Below the pieces are notes generated by a model. It ran no database searches. It saw nothing but the letters and a program-made list of their open reading frames with translations, and was not told the origin of the DNA. The translations under genes and the position numbers were made by a program. Positions 1 to 9,165 of a DNA stretch of 64,000 nucleotides are shown piece after piece; positions within the stretch are counted from its first letter, which is position 1; each line of letters starts with the position of its first letter. Source of the DNA: a virus (taxonomy: Duplodnaviria; Caudoviricetes); IMG/VR virus record IMGVR_UViG_3300011008_000010, positions 64,001 to 128,000 of that record; one strand, written 5' to 3'.

Positions 1-34
1 AGTAGGATTTGAGTGCGTAGGGTGTTAGGCATTA

Positions 35-289
35 TTGCTCGACACCCTATTTTTTCCGGAAAGAAAGGACATTATGGTTTCAACAATTACTGGGAAATAT
101 TATAACGAAGATCAGGCCGTGCCATTTTCAAATATGAAACAGGCATATGCCTATATGGAAAGAGGGGTTATACCTCTCGATGTATTTGCAGGAAAAGATA
201 AGATTGTATTTGTGTTCTCAAGAGAAGACCATGATAAATGGAAAATGCATTGGAGGAAACCTTTTGACCGCGAAAATATTGAGGCTTAG
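35..289 (+). CDS. small hypothetical phage protein (likely start ATG 74)
   Basis: ORF with AAGGA RBS before MVSTITGK; overlaps next gene in operon fashion. Confidence 0.6.
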   Translation: MLDTLFFPERKDIMVSTITGKYYNEDQAVPFSNMKQAYAYMERGVIPLDVFAGKDKIVFVFSREDHDKWKMHWRKPFDRENIEA

Positions 290-719
290 TATTACTCAAA
301 AAGACGTAGACGCCTACAATGCAAAGTATTTTGAAGAACATCCAAAAAGAAAGAAGGCTCCTATAGACAGACCGATACATCCAAGCATGAACAAATGGAT
401 GACGATCAACAATCGTATGACAATGAATAATCTGAAGCAGAATTGGAAAGACTTTGCCGTGTTTTGGTGTGAACGGCATAAGGTTGCTGGGATGATGTTA
501 GATGATTATGCGATTGAATATACGGTCTATATGCCTTCTAAGCGCAGAGCGGATCCGGATAATTATACTTGCAAATTTTTGTTAGATGGATTCGTAGAAG
601 CCGGATTTCTTGTGGATGATGATGGCCAACATATGAGAGCACTTATACTAAGAACAGGTTACAGTAAAGACGATCCAAGAACGGACATAAGTGTTAAGAT
701 TTTTGAAAAGGAGAAATAA
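264..719 (+). CDS. RusA-like Holliday junction resolvase
   Basis: RRADPDNY-x-KFLLDG-x4-GFLVDDD RusA acidic motifs; GGAGG at 252-256 before TTG 264. Confidence 0.75.
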   Translation: MTAKILRLSITQKDVDAYNAKYFEEHPKRKKAPIDRPIHPSMNKWMTINNRMTMNNLKQNWKDFAVFWCERHKVAGMMLDDYAIEYTVYMPSKRRADPDNYTCKFLLDGFVEAGFLVDDDGQHMRALILRTGYSKDDPRTDISVKIFEKEK

Positions 720-720
720 A

Positions 721-1200
721 ATGAGACTTAGCGAGTTATATGAAAAATGGAGTGAGGCACTCCAGGATGCAAAAACAAAAGAGGACGAATTAAATAAGAA
801 GTATGCATTGTTTGATGAACATATTAAAATTGTGCATTTATCTGCAAGTGACAAACTTGCATTGATCAGGACGACGCTTAGTGAATGTATCAAAAATGAT
901 AATGGCTATGATTATGTTGATCATGGCCTGTTTAAAATTGTAAGTTTGCTGATGATTGTATCACGTATGACAAATATTGAATTCGAACGCAACATCGAGA
1001 AGAAGGACGACGAAGAAGAATCTCCTAAATCGGTTTCAAATTACGATATGTTGACAAGCATGGGCGTTGACGATTATTTGTGGGATAGAGACATGAAAGA
1101 ACGCGAAGAGTATCAGGACTTTATCATCGCAGAAATGGATACTATTAAAGAAAAGAATAGTGTTGCTGCCGTGCTTGCAAAGAAGTTTAAGACGGAATAA
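721..1200 (+). CDS. hypothetical, possible tail assembly chaperone (paralog 1)
   Basis: AGGAG RBS; position upstream of TMP; N-term MRLSELYEK and YDMLxxMGxDxY shared with next gene. Confidence 0.5.
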   Translation: MRLSELYEKWSEALQDAKTKEDELNKKYALFDEHIKIVHLSASDKLALIRTTLSECIKNDNGYDYVDHGLFKIVSLLMIVSRMTNIEFERNIEKKDDEEESPKSVSNYDMLTSMGVDDYLWDRDMKEREEYQDFIIAEMDTIKEKNSVAAVLAKKFKTE

Positions 1201-1221
1201 AAGGAATGAAGGAGATATATA

Positions 1222-1791
1222 ATGAAGGTGTCTGAATTATATGAAAAATATACGGCGTTAGAGGATAAGTCTTCTGCCGATGCTCTCTTTTCTGAAAGCT
1301 TTGGTTTTATCAGAAGAAGCACAGATGAAGTTCTCTATTATTTAGAAAGCATGTTGTCTGCATGTATAGATGAAGCAGATGGGTTGAGATATCTTAACGA
1401 ATTGTCTTGGGAGATCGGAACGTTTGTATTGAAGTTCTCTTTGTTTACAGATCTAGTTATGAATGATTCTAAAGGCAACGAAGAATCTGATTATGACATG
1501 TTGTTTGACATGGGCATAGACAAGTATTTCGTTAAACATTTTAGTGAATGCGCAAACAGATACGATAAGTTAAAAAGTCTTATGAAGAAGAACTTTGTAT
1601 ATACGACTTCTGTAGATTTTGTTTTAAAGAGTAGCATTCAAAAGATAACTGAAGGCGTTGTGACTGCTGCCGGTAAATTTGCAGATGCTGTTGAGAATTT
1701 TGATCCGTCTCAGATCGATAAAATTCAGGAACTGCTCGTTCATATGAATGATAGTGTAAATGCAGTTCAAAATATTCGTGGTATCAACTAA
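1222..1791 (+). CDS. hypothetical, possible tail assembly chaperone (paralog 2)
   Basis: GGAG RBS; MKVSELYEK and YDMLFDMGIDKY motifs as in the previous gene. Confidence 0.5.
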   Translation: MKVSELYEKYTALEDKSSADALFSESFGFIRRSTDEVLYYLESMLSACIDEADGLRYLNELSWEIGTFVLKFSLFTDLVMNDSKGNEESDYDMLFDMGIDKYFVKHFSECANRYDKLKSLMKKNFVYTTSVDFVLKSSIQKITEGVVTAAGKFADAVENFDPSQIDKIQELLVHMNDSVNAVQNIRGIN

Positions 1792-1843
1792 TACAAATAA
1801 TTCTTTATTTTAATAGATTTTTTGTGGAAAGGAGGTAATCATT

Positions 1844-2497
1844 ATGCCGCAACAAGATCTAGATCGTGATGTGCTGTTGATATTCAGAGACGCTACGAGA
1901 GTTGCTTCAAAAGAAGTAAAAGAGCTTATGGAACGAAGCGCGAAAATAGCGATGACTAAATTTTATAATGATTATACTCCTAAGTATTACAAGAGAACTG
2001 ATAATCTCAGAAATGCTTATAAAGGTTACATCGACTCAGAGTATGGTCATGCAACAAAGAACGAAATTAAAAGACGTAACAGAAACCAATCAATTGAGCA
2101 TTCGGCATATTTGAAGGTATCTACAGCATATATGCCACATAGTCATCATAAGGCTGCTAATGGCGGCGGTATTTATAATAAACCGGCTGTGATGACATAT
2201 AGCTATTTCTTAGGTTTCCACGGTGCTCCTTTTATTACAATGAGGCAAAATCGTAAGGAAGGTGTTTTGGAAAGGCAAATCAAATGGTTTGGTTCAGTGC
2301 CGAGATTATTAACAAGCGGAGAGTCCCAAATAGCCGTAAGAACATCTCCCACTCCGGACGAAATTATCGAAAGGCGTGTTGACGCTATTGCTAAAAATCC
2401 AGACAGACTGAATGCGATTATGAACGAAGCTTTCGAGCAAGCGTTTGTAAAGGTTTCGAACAACTTAGATGAAATTATATCTAAGGCGAGGTTGTAA
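1844..2497 (+). CDS. putative tail/neck component
   Basis: GGAGG RBS; FYNDYTPKYYKRTxNL motif seen in genes preceding tape measures of large Firmicutes phages. Confidence 0.45.
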   Translation: MPQQDLDRDVLLIFRDATRVASKEVKELMERSAKIAMTKFYNDYTPKYYKRTDNLRNAYKGYIDSEYGHATKNEIKRRNRNQSIEHSAYLKVSTAYMPHSHHKAANGGGIYNKPAVMTYSYFLGFHGAPFITMRQNRKEGVLERQIKWFGSVPRLLTSGESQIAVRTSPTPDEIIERRVDAIAKNPDRLNAIMNEAFEQAFVKVSNNLDEIISKARL

Positions 2498-2499
2498 GT

Positions 2500-5400
2500 A
2501 TGGCCAGTAATCAAGTAGAAAAAGTATTTAAATTCAGGGTTGATGTAGAGAATCCCTCGCAACAGTTTAAAAAGCTGTCACAAGAGGTTAAAAAACAAGT
2601 CGAACTATCAGCCACAGAAATAAAGATTCGCCCTGATGAAAATACAATTCCTGCTATCGCAAAAATACTTAGAGAAATTGAAGATAAGACAGGAATTACA
2701 ATTGACGTTGAAGCAAATTTGCAAAACGTTGAAAATCAGATTGCGAATTTAAAGAAACAGCTCAAAGATTTGAAATCTCCTTCTGAAATTGTTCCTAATA
2801 TGCGCAATATAGACAAGACGAATTATCTTAACGATCTTGCCAAAGACGCAAAGACGGCGAAGAAGGATGTTGAAGAACTTGGCAAAAAAGCGGAAGAAGC
2901 ATTTGCATCATTTGAGAGAAATAAAAATCGTAGAACTTATAGCGAATCATACAAAGAAGATTTGAAGAAGTTTCAGGAAGAATTTGTTCTTGAAACGAAA
3001 CTGTCTGATGTAAGAGATAAAGCTTTAGAGCAATTACAGGCTATTTCCAGTACGCCTGGTTGGGCTAACGAAGCTACAGAAGTGGCCAAGGTCATTGAAC
3101 TATTAAAGCAAGTTCAGTTGATTAACGAGAGAATCGTTGAACAACGGAAGAAAATGACTGAAGATCAGAAGCAGTTTTATAATGATAACGGTGTCACTAC
3201 AAATACAAAGATGCCTTCTGGTATAGATGCCAGTGCCGTATCTAAAAAGGTCGAACAAATTGCCAAAAGTTCCGATGGTCTTGTCGCATCTATTCAGGAG
3301 AATTTAAAGTCTCTACAAGCTGAAAAGAGAATGTTGGATGATCTTACAAAGTCCATGCAGGAATTTACAGCAGCGACAGATCAATCTGTTCAGACCGGTG
3401 GCAAAGGTGGTAGTGATACCGGGCTTGAGATATCTCCTACCGGATCAATTGATATCAGAGCGAATGCAAAGATTGAAATAACAGGACATGATGTAACGGT
3501 TATTCCGGAAAGTCCTGTTACTATTACCGGATCTAATGTCAGCATCGATATTGAAGCCGGTGCGTTCAATGGATTGAAAACTAAATCTTTGCAGAACGCA
3601 ATCGATATGATCAAGCAGATTGACGCTGCTATTAAGAACCATCAGACAATGACTCCTGAGATTAAAGAGGGGTCGTTAAAAATCGAGAGCGTAATACCTA
3701 AGAAGGTCAGCACGCTTACTATACCGGTTAAATTAGGTAAGTTGTCAGCAGAGAAGGTTAATAATTTTGTTGCAACTGCAAGTACAGAAGTTGCCGGTAT
3801 GGGAGCTGCCGTATTGATGAATACGGGGCTTAGAGATATAGCAAAAAAGGAAATTAATCGAGTAATTTCCGATACTAATAAAAAGGCAAAAACCGCTACA
3901 ACCAAGGTTAAGTTGGAAGCAGAACTTGTACTTGGCAAAGGAACGAGTGAAAAGGTTTCTGGAATTGAAGAAAAGGTCGGCTCTCTAACCGAGTCATTTG
4001 CTAATCTTCCAAGTACAATAACCGGTTCTGCCACAGAGAGTGTTCGTGCACTTGAAGAACTTAGAAAAATTATCGCCGATATTGACGAGAAGGTAAAAGA
4101 TATATCTAATGTCAAAATTACGCTTAGACATACCTCTCAGAAAGATGGCGGTAGTAGTAGTAGAAGTTCTTCTGGTAGTGGCACATCTTCTATTTCTGGC
4201 GGTCAGATGTCGAAGTTGTCTTCTTATGTAAAAGGAGTTTCAATTCCTAATACATCGGAACTTGATATAAAAGAATTAAGGCTTATATATCTTGAGCTCA
4301 TGAAGATATACGGACTTGCTGAAAAGATTCCGAAGGCAATGTTCGGCGAAGGCGAGAACTATATTAATTTTTCGAAAGAGCGTCTTGTTGCAGAAATAGA
4401 GGCTCTTCAACAGAGAGATGCTGTTCTAAAGGAAGAACAGAAAGTCGAAAAGGCGGTAAATGATTATCTCAAAAAGCAGATTTCGCTTCGTAACGAATTA
4501 GGAAAGAAGCAACAGGATCTTCGAGAGAAAATGGCCGAGATGTATAACGGCCTTTTCTATGGAGATGAGAATGCTAGAGACAGTCTAAACAATCTGCTTG
4601 AATCAATTGATCTCGATAAAATGATGTCGGATGGGAATCTTGACGTTGCCAAGAAAGTTCTTGGCGATGTTGCTTCTATTGTAAAGGAGATCCAGGATTC
4701 TAACAAAAAAGGTGCCACGGAAGCCAATAAAGCCCTCGAAGAAGCCGTCGAGAAAAGCAAACAGCAGCTTGAACTTGCCAAGCAGAGACGCGAACTCGAA
4801 GAAAAGATAACAAACATGAAGTCTGCGGTAGGATCTAATGACGATGAGTTCTATTCGAAGACCATAAACGAAATAGAGTCCGCGTTTAAGAAAATTGACG
4901 ATCACGGTCTTGCCGATAACATTGGCATCGAAAAGAGTAAACTTGATGAGATTAGTGAAGGATATAAGAATGTCACTAATATGATTAATTCTGCTTATGA
5001 CGCAGAGTTAAAAAGAGAAAAGGCGGCAGATGAGTCCTTTAAATTCCAACAGCAAATAATCAATCAACAAAATAATCTTCTAAAAGAAAAAGCAGAGCTT
5101 GAGCAGAAAATCCAGAAGATGTATGAGGATGGAATTGTTCGGGCAGAGAAGCTAAGAGACGTTGAAGAAGAACTTGCTAAGATTGATATTTCAAGCCCTT
5201 ATGATACTAATGGCAAAGCAAATCCTCTTGGCGGGGATGTTTTAAATAATTATGGGCAATCGCTTGACAACATAAGAAAGAATCTCGTAAATCTTGAAGC
5301 GCAAGAAAAGAAGGAGCTTGATGGCAGAAAGAAATTAGCCGGTTTCCTGCTAAACGAAAAAGAACTTCGTGAAAAGATTGCAGAGTTAAGAACTTATGGC

Positions 5401-6543
5401 AGTACGGATAAAGAACAGCTTGATAAGTTAGAGCAAGAGCTGAATACTTTTAATCTTGATAAGCTTGCAGAAAAAGCAGAGGCTCCTGCCAGAAAAGCAA
5501 TTGACGAGATTACTGTCGGACTTGGCAAGGTTAGAAAAGAACTTTTTGAAATTGAAAAAGCTACTATCAAACCGGCCAGTGCCTTAAAAGATCTTGGTAA
5601 GAAACTAAGAAGTTTTACCGGAACGCAAGAATGGCGCGACACATCTGATGCAAATATTGGCCTTAATTATATTGGATCAGAAGAGCAGCTTGCCAAAATA
5701 AGAGCTGCACGTCAGGAAATTGCACAGCTTGTTGAAACTGTCGGCAATATCAGCAAAGAATTCACCAAAGAAGAAGCCGAGAAGTTTACAAAGCAATATG
5801 AGAATGCAATCAGTAAGTTTGAAAATGCCGTAAGAAATGTTCAGAGAAAGACGGCTAAGAGCGGGAATGTTACTGTTCTTGGTACGGACACGTTGCATCA
5901 AGTTCAGGAAGTTGAAGATGCTATTAAACGCATTAATGAAATAGGTGCAAATGCTAATATTCAATGGACCACAAAAACAACCGGCGACATTACAAGGCTT
6001 ACCGGTGTTCTTACTGAAAATGATGGTACGGTAAAGACTCTTGTATATGATTACAATAATCTTACTACAGAGTTGTCTGAAGTAAGCGTCACAGAAAAGC
6101 AAACTGAAACATTTATGCAGCGCATAACAAAGTTGCTTCGCCAGAGAAGCGATGCTTTGATTGCGTACATTGGTACGTTCGCAAGTTTCTATCAAGTTAT
6201 GGGGAAACTTCGTGAAGGTGCTACTATTATCAAACAATTAGATACAAACATGACGGAGCTTCGTCGTGTTAGCGGTGCGACCAGAGGAGAATTGGAAGCT
6301 TTTAAGAGCACCGTTTTTGATATCGGTAGAGAAATTGGTTCTGCCGGAGATACAATTATAAAGCTTGCAGCAGATTATGCAAGACTTGGTTATTCATTAA
6401 GTGAAGCAAGCGAACTCGCTAAAGCATCTGCAATGTATATGAATGTAGGTTTTATTGATGATGCGACTTTTGCTATGGAAAGTTTAACATCGACGATGAA
6501 AGCTTACGGGATGCAAGCGAGTGAAGTTGCAGATATTGTTGAT
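2500..6543 (+). CDS. tape measure protein, exon 1 (1348 aa)
   Basis: Long helical ORF ending in the TP901-type TMP core (LDTNMTELRRV...ADYARLGYS...EVADIVD); core continues in later exons. Confidence 0.9.
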
Positions 6544-7053
6544 TAGAGTCGTTATCATATTGAAATAGATAACGATATATAGTTAGTCTATAGAGAAATC
6601 CGTAGATAGCGCGTTAAACGCCAACAAAGAAACTGAATTGCTGGGATACCGTAAAACTAATAGAACTACAACATAGGGATGAAACAAACTCAAGTGTGAA
6701 TGTGGCGAAAGCAGAAAAAATCTATTAGATGGCACATGGTTAAATCCTAAATGCTTCTACAAGAAATTGGTAATCAGCAGCCAAGCTCCGAACAGGAGAA
6801 GGTTCAACGACTATCCCTCGTGAGGGGAGTACACGCAAGCGCGTGGAAGTGGTTTCGCCTAAACGTATCGTAAGGTACGCATGGATAAGATATAGTCTGT
6901 GCCTTACTGAAAGGTAAGGAAGTTCATAAGAGAACTGCATGAGAAGTAGCGAGCTTATGTGAACGACGCCTCTAAAACGGCTAAAGTTGTGTGGTAATTA
7001 ACAAGTGGTTGTTACCGCTATGCATATGTAAAATTTTTAATATGTTTTTTTGC

Positions 7054-7083
7054 TTGACTTATTAGGGATAAATGCAGCATAAT
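7054..7083 (+). promoter_or_regulatory. sigma70-type promoter for tnpB inside intron 1
   Basis: TTGACT-N18-CATAAT, ending 46 nt upstream of the tnpB ATG. Confidence 0.5.
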
Positions 7084-7129
7084 ATTTATCGTGTAGTGGA
7101 TATATAATTTATTTATAGGTTTTGCGCAT

Positions 7130-8227
7130 ATGATTAAATCATATAGATTTAGACTTTATCCCAATAAAAGTCAAAGAGAACTTATGGCTCAAACATTTGG
7201 TAATTGCAGATTTGTCTATAATTATTATTTGGATAAAAGAATAAAATACTATGAAGAAACCAAAGAAACGTTTGGGTTTTATCAATGTTGCAAAGATTTA
7301 ACAGAATTAAAGAAGAAGTATGAATGGCTTCAAATATCCGATAAATGGGCTTTGCAAAACACATTGAAAGATTTGGACTTTGCGTTTAAAAATTTCTTTA
7401 GAAATAATGGTTATGGATATCCTCGGTTTAAATCAAAGAAAACACATAGATATTCTTATAAAACTACTTTTACAAATAATAATATAAAATGGTCGAAATC
7501 TGCAATTAGACTCCCAAAATTAGGTTGGGTTAAAGTAAGAGACAAACAAATACCACAAGGCAGAATTCTTAATGCTACGGTAAAACATGAACCATCTGGA
7601 AAATATTATTGTTGTATTTGTTGTACGGATGTTGAAATATCTCAACTTCCAAAAACGGGTTTAAACATTGGAATGGATTTAGGCCTTAAAGAATTTGCAG
7701 TTACCAATGACGGAACGAAGATAAATAATCCTAAGCACCTAGATAAGTCACTAAAGAAGCTTGTTAAATTGCAGCGAGAACTAGACCGAAAGACAAGGAA
7801 TAGCAATCGTTGGAATAAGCAAAGAATTAAAGTGGCTAGAATGTACGAGCGGATTACGAATCAAAGAAAAGATTTCTTGCAAAAATTATCCACGCAGATA
7901 ATATCAGACTATGACATTGTATGTCTTGAAAAATTAGACATACAAGAAATGATTGAACGTGCTGATTTTTCAAGAAGTATATTTGACGTATCATGGAACA
8001 TGTTTGTTCGAATGCTCGGATATAAAGCCGAATGGTACGGTAAAAAGGTGGTTAGGGTTGATAGATGGTACGCCAGTTCGCAAATTTGTTCGTGTTGTGG
8101 GCATGTTTACAAAAAGACAAAAAGTTTGTTAGTTCGGGAATGGACGTGTCTTAAATGTAAAACTCATCACGACAGAGATGTGAACGCTGCAAAAAACATA
8201 TTAAAAGAAGGGCTTCGAATAGCCTAA
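7130..8227 (+). CDS. tnpB: RNA-guided endonuclease TnpB (IS200/IS605 family)
   Basis: N-term YRFRLYP..FGNCRFVYN; RuvC GMDLG, CLEKL, DRDVNAA; CxxC..CxxC zinc ribbon; catalytic D/E/D intact. Confidence 0.95.
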   Translation: MIKSYRFRLYPNKSQRELMAQTFGNCRFVYNYYLDKRIKYYEETKETFGFYQCCKDLTELKKKYEWLQISDKWALQNTLKDLDFAFKNFFRNNGYGYPRFKSKKTHRYSYKTTFTNNNIKWSKSAIRLPKLGWVKVRDKQIPQGRILNATVKHEPSGKYYCCICCTDVEISQLPKTGLNIGMDLGLKEFAVTNDGTKINNPKHLDKSLKKLVKLQRELDRKTRNSNRWNKQRIKVARMYERITNQRKDFLQKLSTQIISDYDIVCLEKLDIQEMIERADFSRSIFDVSWNMFVRMLGYKAEWYGKKVVRVDRWYASSQICSCCGHVYKKTKSLLVREWTCLKCKTHHDRDVNAAKNILKEGLRIA

Positions 8228-8347
8228 TGTATGTATAGCGGTAGGAACTACCGTGTTAGCTCGTGGAGAAAGTAGGTAACGAAATCTGTGAAACGAGAAT
8301 CCGCAACTTTAGTTGTGTGAGGTTCAGAAGTTTAATGAAGTGGGTAA
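8228..8347 (+). ncRNA. TnpB omegaRNA 3' scaffold plus guide (guide about 8328-8347)
   Basis: GCGGTAGGAACTACCGT hairpin, CTCGT/ACGAG pairing, GAATCCGCAACTTTAGTTGTG end hairpin, then flanking guide; the 5' end probably overlaps tnpB. Confidence 0.75.
8328..8345 (+). CDS. tape measure protein, micro-exon 2 (KFNEVG)
   Basis: AAG TTT AAT GAA GTG GGT restores the conserved TMP motif DKFNEVGNNFAISS. Confidence 0.9.
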
Positions 8348-8656
8348 ATTGTTGCCCTTGAATGGCTATATCGGTCAAAGGGTGGGGACACCAGAGACCG
8401 AGCAAAGACTTAATATATTGCCGAAATGTGCTTAAAGAAAATGCGTTGAGGATAAACAATATGTTATGGATGCGTAACGACTGCGATATGGTATGTGGCA
8501 ACACATATTGTTAAGCCTATCCATGCGTAATAAGCTATCGCATGTAATATACAGTCTGAACTACCGCTATAATCCAAATAATTATGAAACGGTAGAGTAA
8601 GGCCGAAAGACCTTGCCGCCACAGAAATGTGGTCATAAAAGCAACAGTTAAATTTG
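8346..8656 (+). ncRNA. group I intron 2 (ORF-less, 311 nt)
   Basis: P1 GGGU/GCCC with U.G wobble; P10 AAATTGTT pairs with exon 3 AACAATTT; P7 GACTG 8479 / CAGTC 8552; terminal G. Confidence 0.85.
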
Positions 8657-8839
8657 AACAATTTTGCAATTAGCTCTGAAGGCATCGGTGAAGCCTTACA
8701 GAGATCTGCTGCTGCGCTTGCACAAGCAAACAATGATTTAGACAAGAGCATCGCTCTTGTTGTGGCTGCTAATGACGTTGTGCAGAATCCTGAAACAGTT
8801 GGTACTGCACTGCGCACGGTGGCTCTTCGCATAAGGGGT
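8657..8839 (+). CDS. tape measure protein, exon 3 (61 aa)
   Basis: NNFAISSEGIGEALQRSAAAL...QNPETVGTALRTVALRIRG, conserved TMP core; 183 nt in frame. Confidence 0.9.
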
Positions 8840-9165
8840 AACACATGTTATTTTATTTTGTGCCCATCCAGAGAGAAATCCTGGTCTGCGTTGCGAATAA
8901 TAAATTACGCAGCATGATCGCTATATCGGTCAAAGGGATAACGGTATCCAGAGACCGACGTAACCCATAGTGGGGTACGCTACAGACTGCCAGATCTATA
9001 TGGCAACATATAGGTTTAAGCGATCTCGCTCTCCTATTCTGGAAACGATGATATACAGTCGGAACTCACGCTATAACCGTAATTAATGAAACGTGAGAGA
9101 TAGCCAGAAATGACTATCCGCCCGCAAGGGTCAGTAGCTTTAATCCAGGCGAAAGTAACAGAGTG
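8840..9165 (+). ncRNA. group I intron 3 (ORF-less, 326 nt)
   Basis: Exon ends GGT, GCCC internal guide; shares GCTATATCGGTCAAAGGG, CCAGAGACCGA and GACTG/ATATACAGTC with intron 2; terminal G; splicing gives RIRG|AKADLEELGED. Confidence 0.85.

Larger units (their letters stand above)
6544..8327 (+). mobile_element. group I intron 1 / IS605-type IStron carrying tnpB
   Basis: Exon ends in T, intron ends in G; core motifs AATTGCTGGGA 6636, AATCAGCAG 6772, GTTCAACGACTA 6802, AAGATATAGTC 6887; inserted after TTGAT; ends in IS right-end hairpin plus TTCAG; removal gives in-frame DIVD|KFNEVG. Confidence 0.9.

Noticed and set aside
6544-6546. TAG as evidence of stop-codon recoding in the TMP
   Set aside because: The TAG is the first intron triplet; long ORFs are intact under code 11 and several genes end normally in TAG
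8654-8917. 87-aa ORF (and GTG start at 9163) as independent genes
   Set aside because: They are TMP exons; the apparent start codons end at the intron terminal G and lack RBSs
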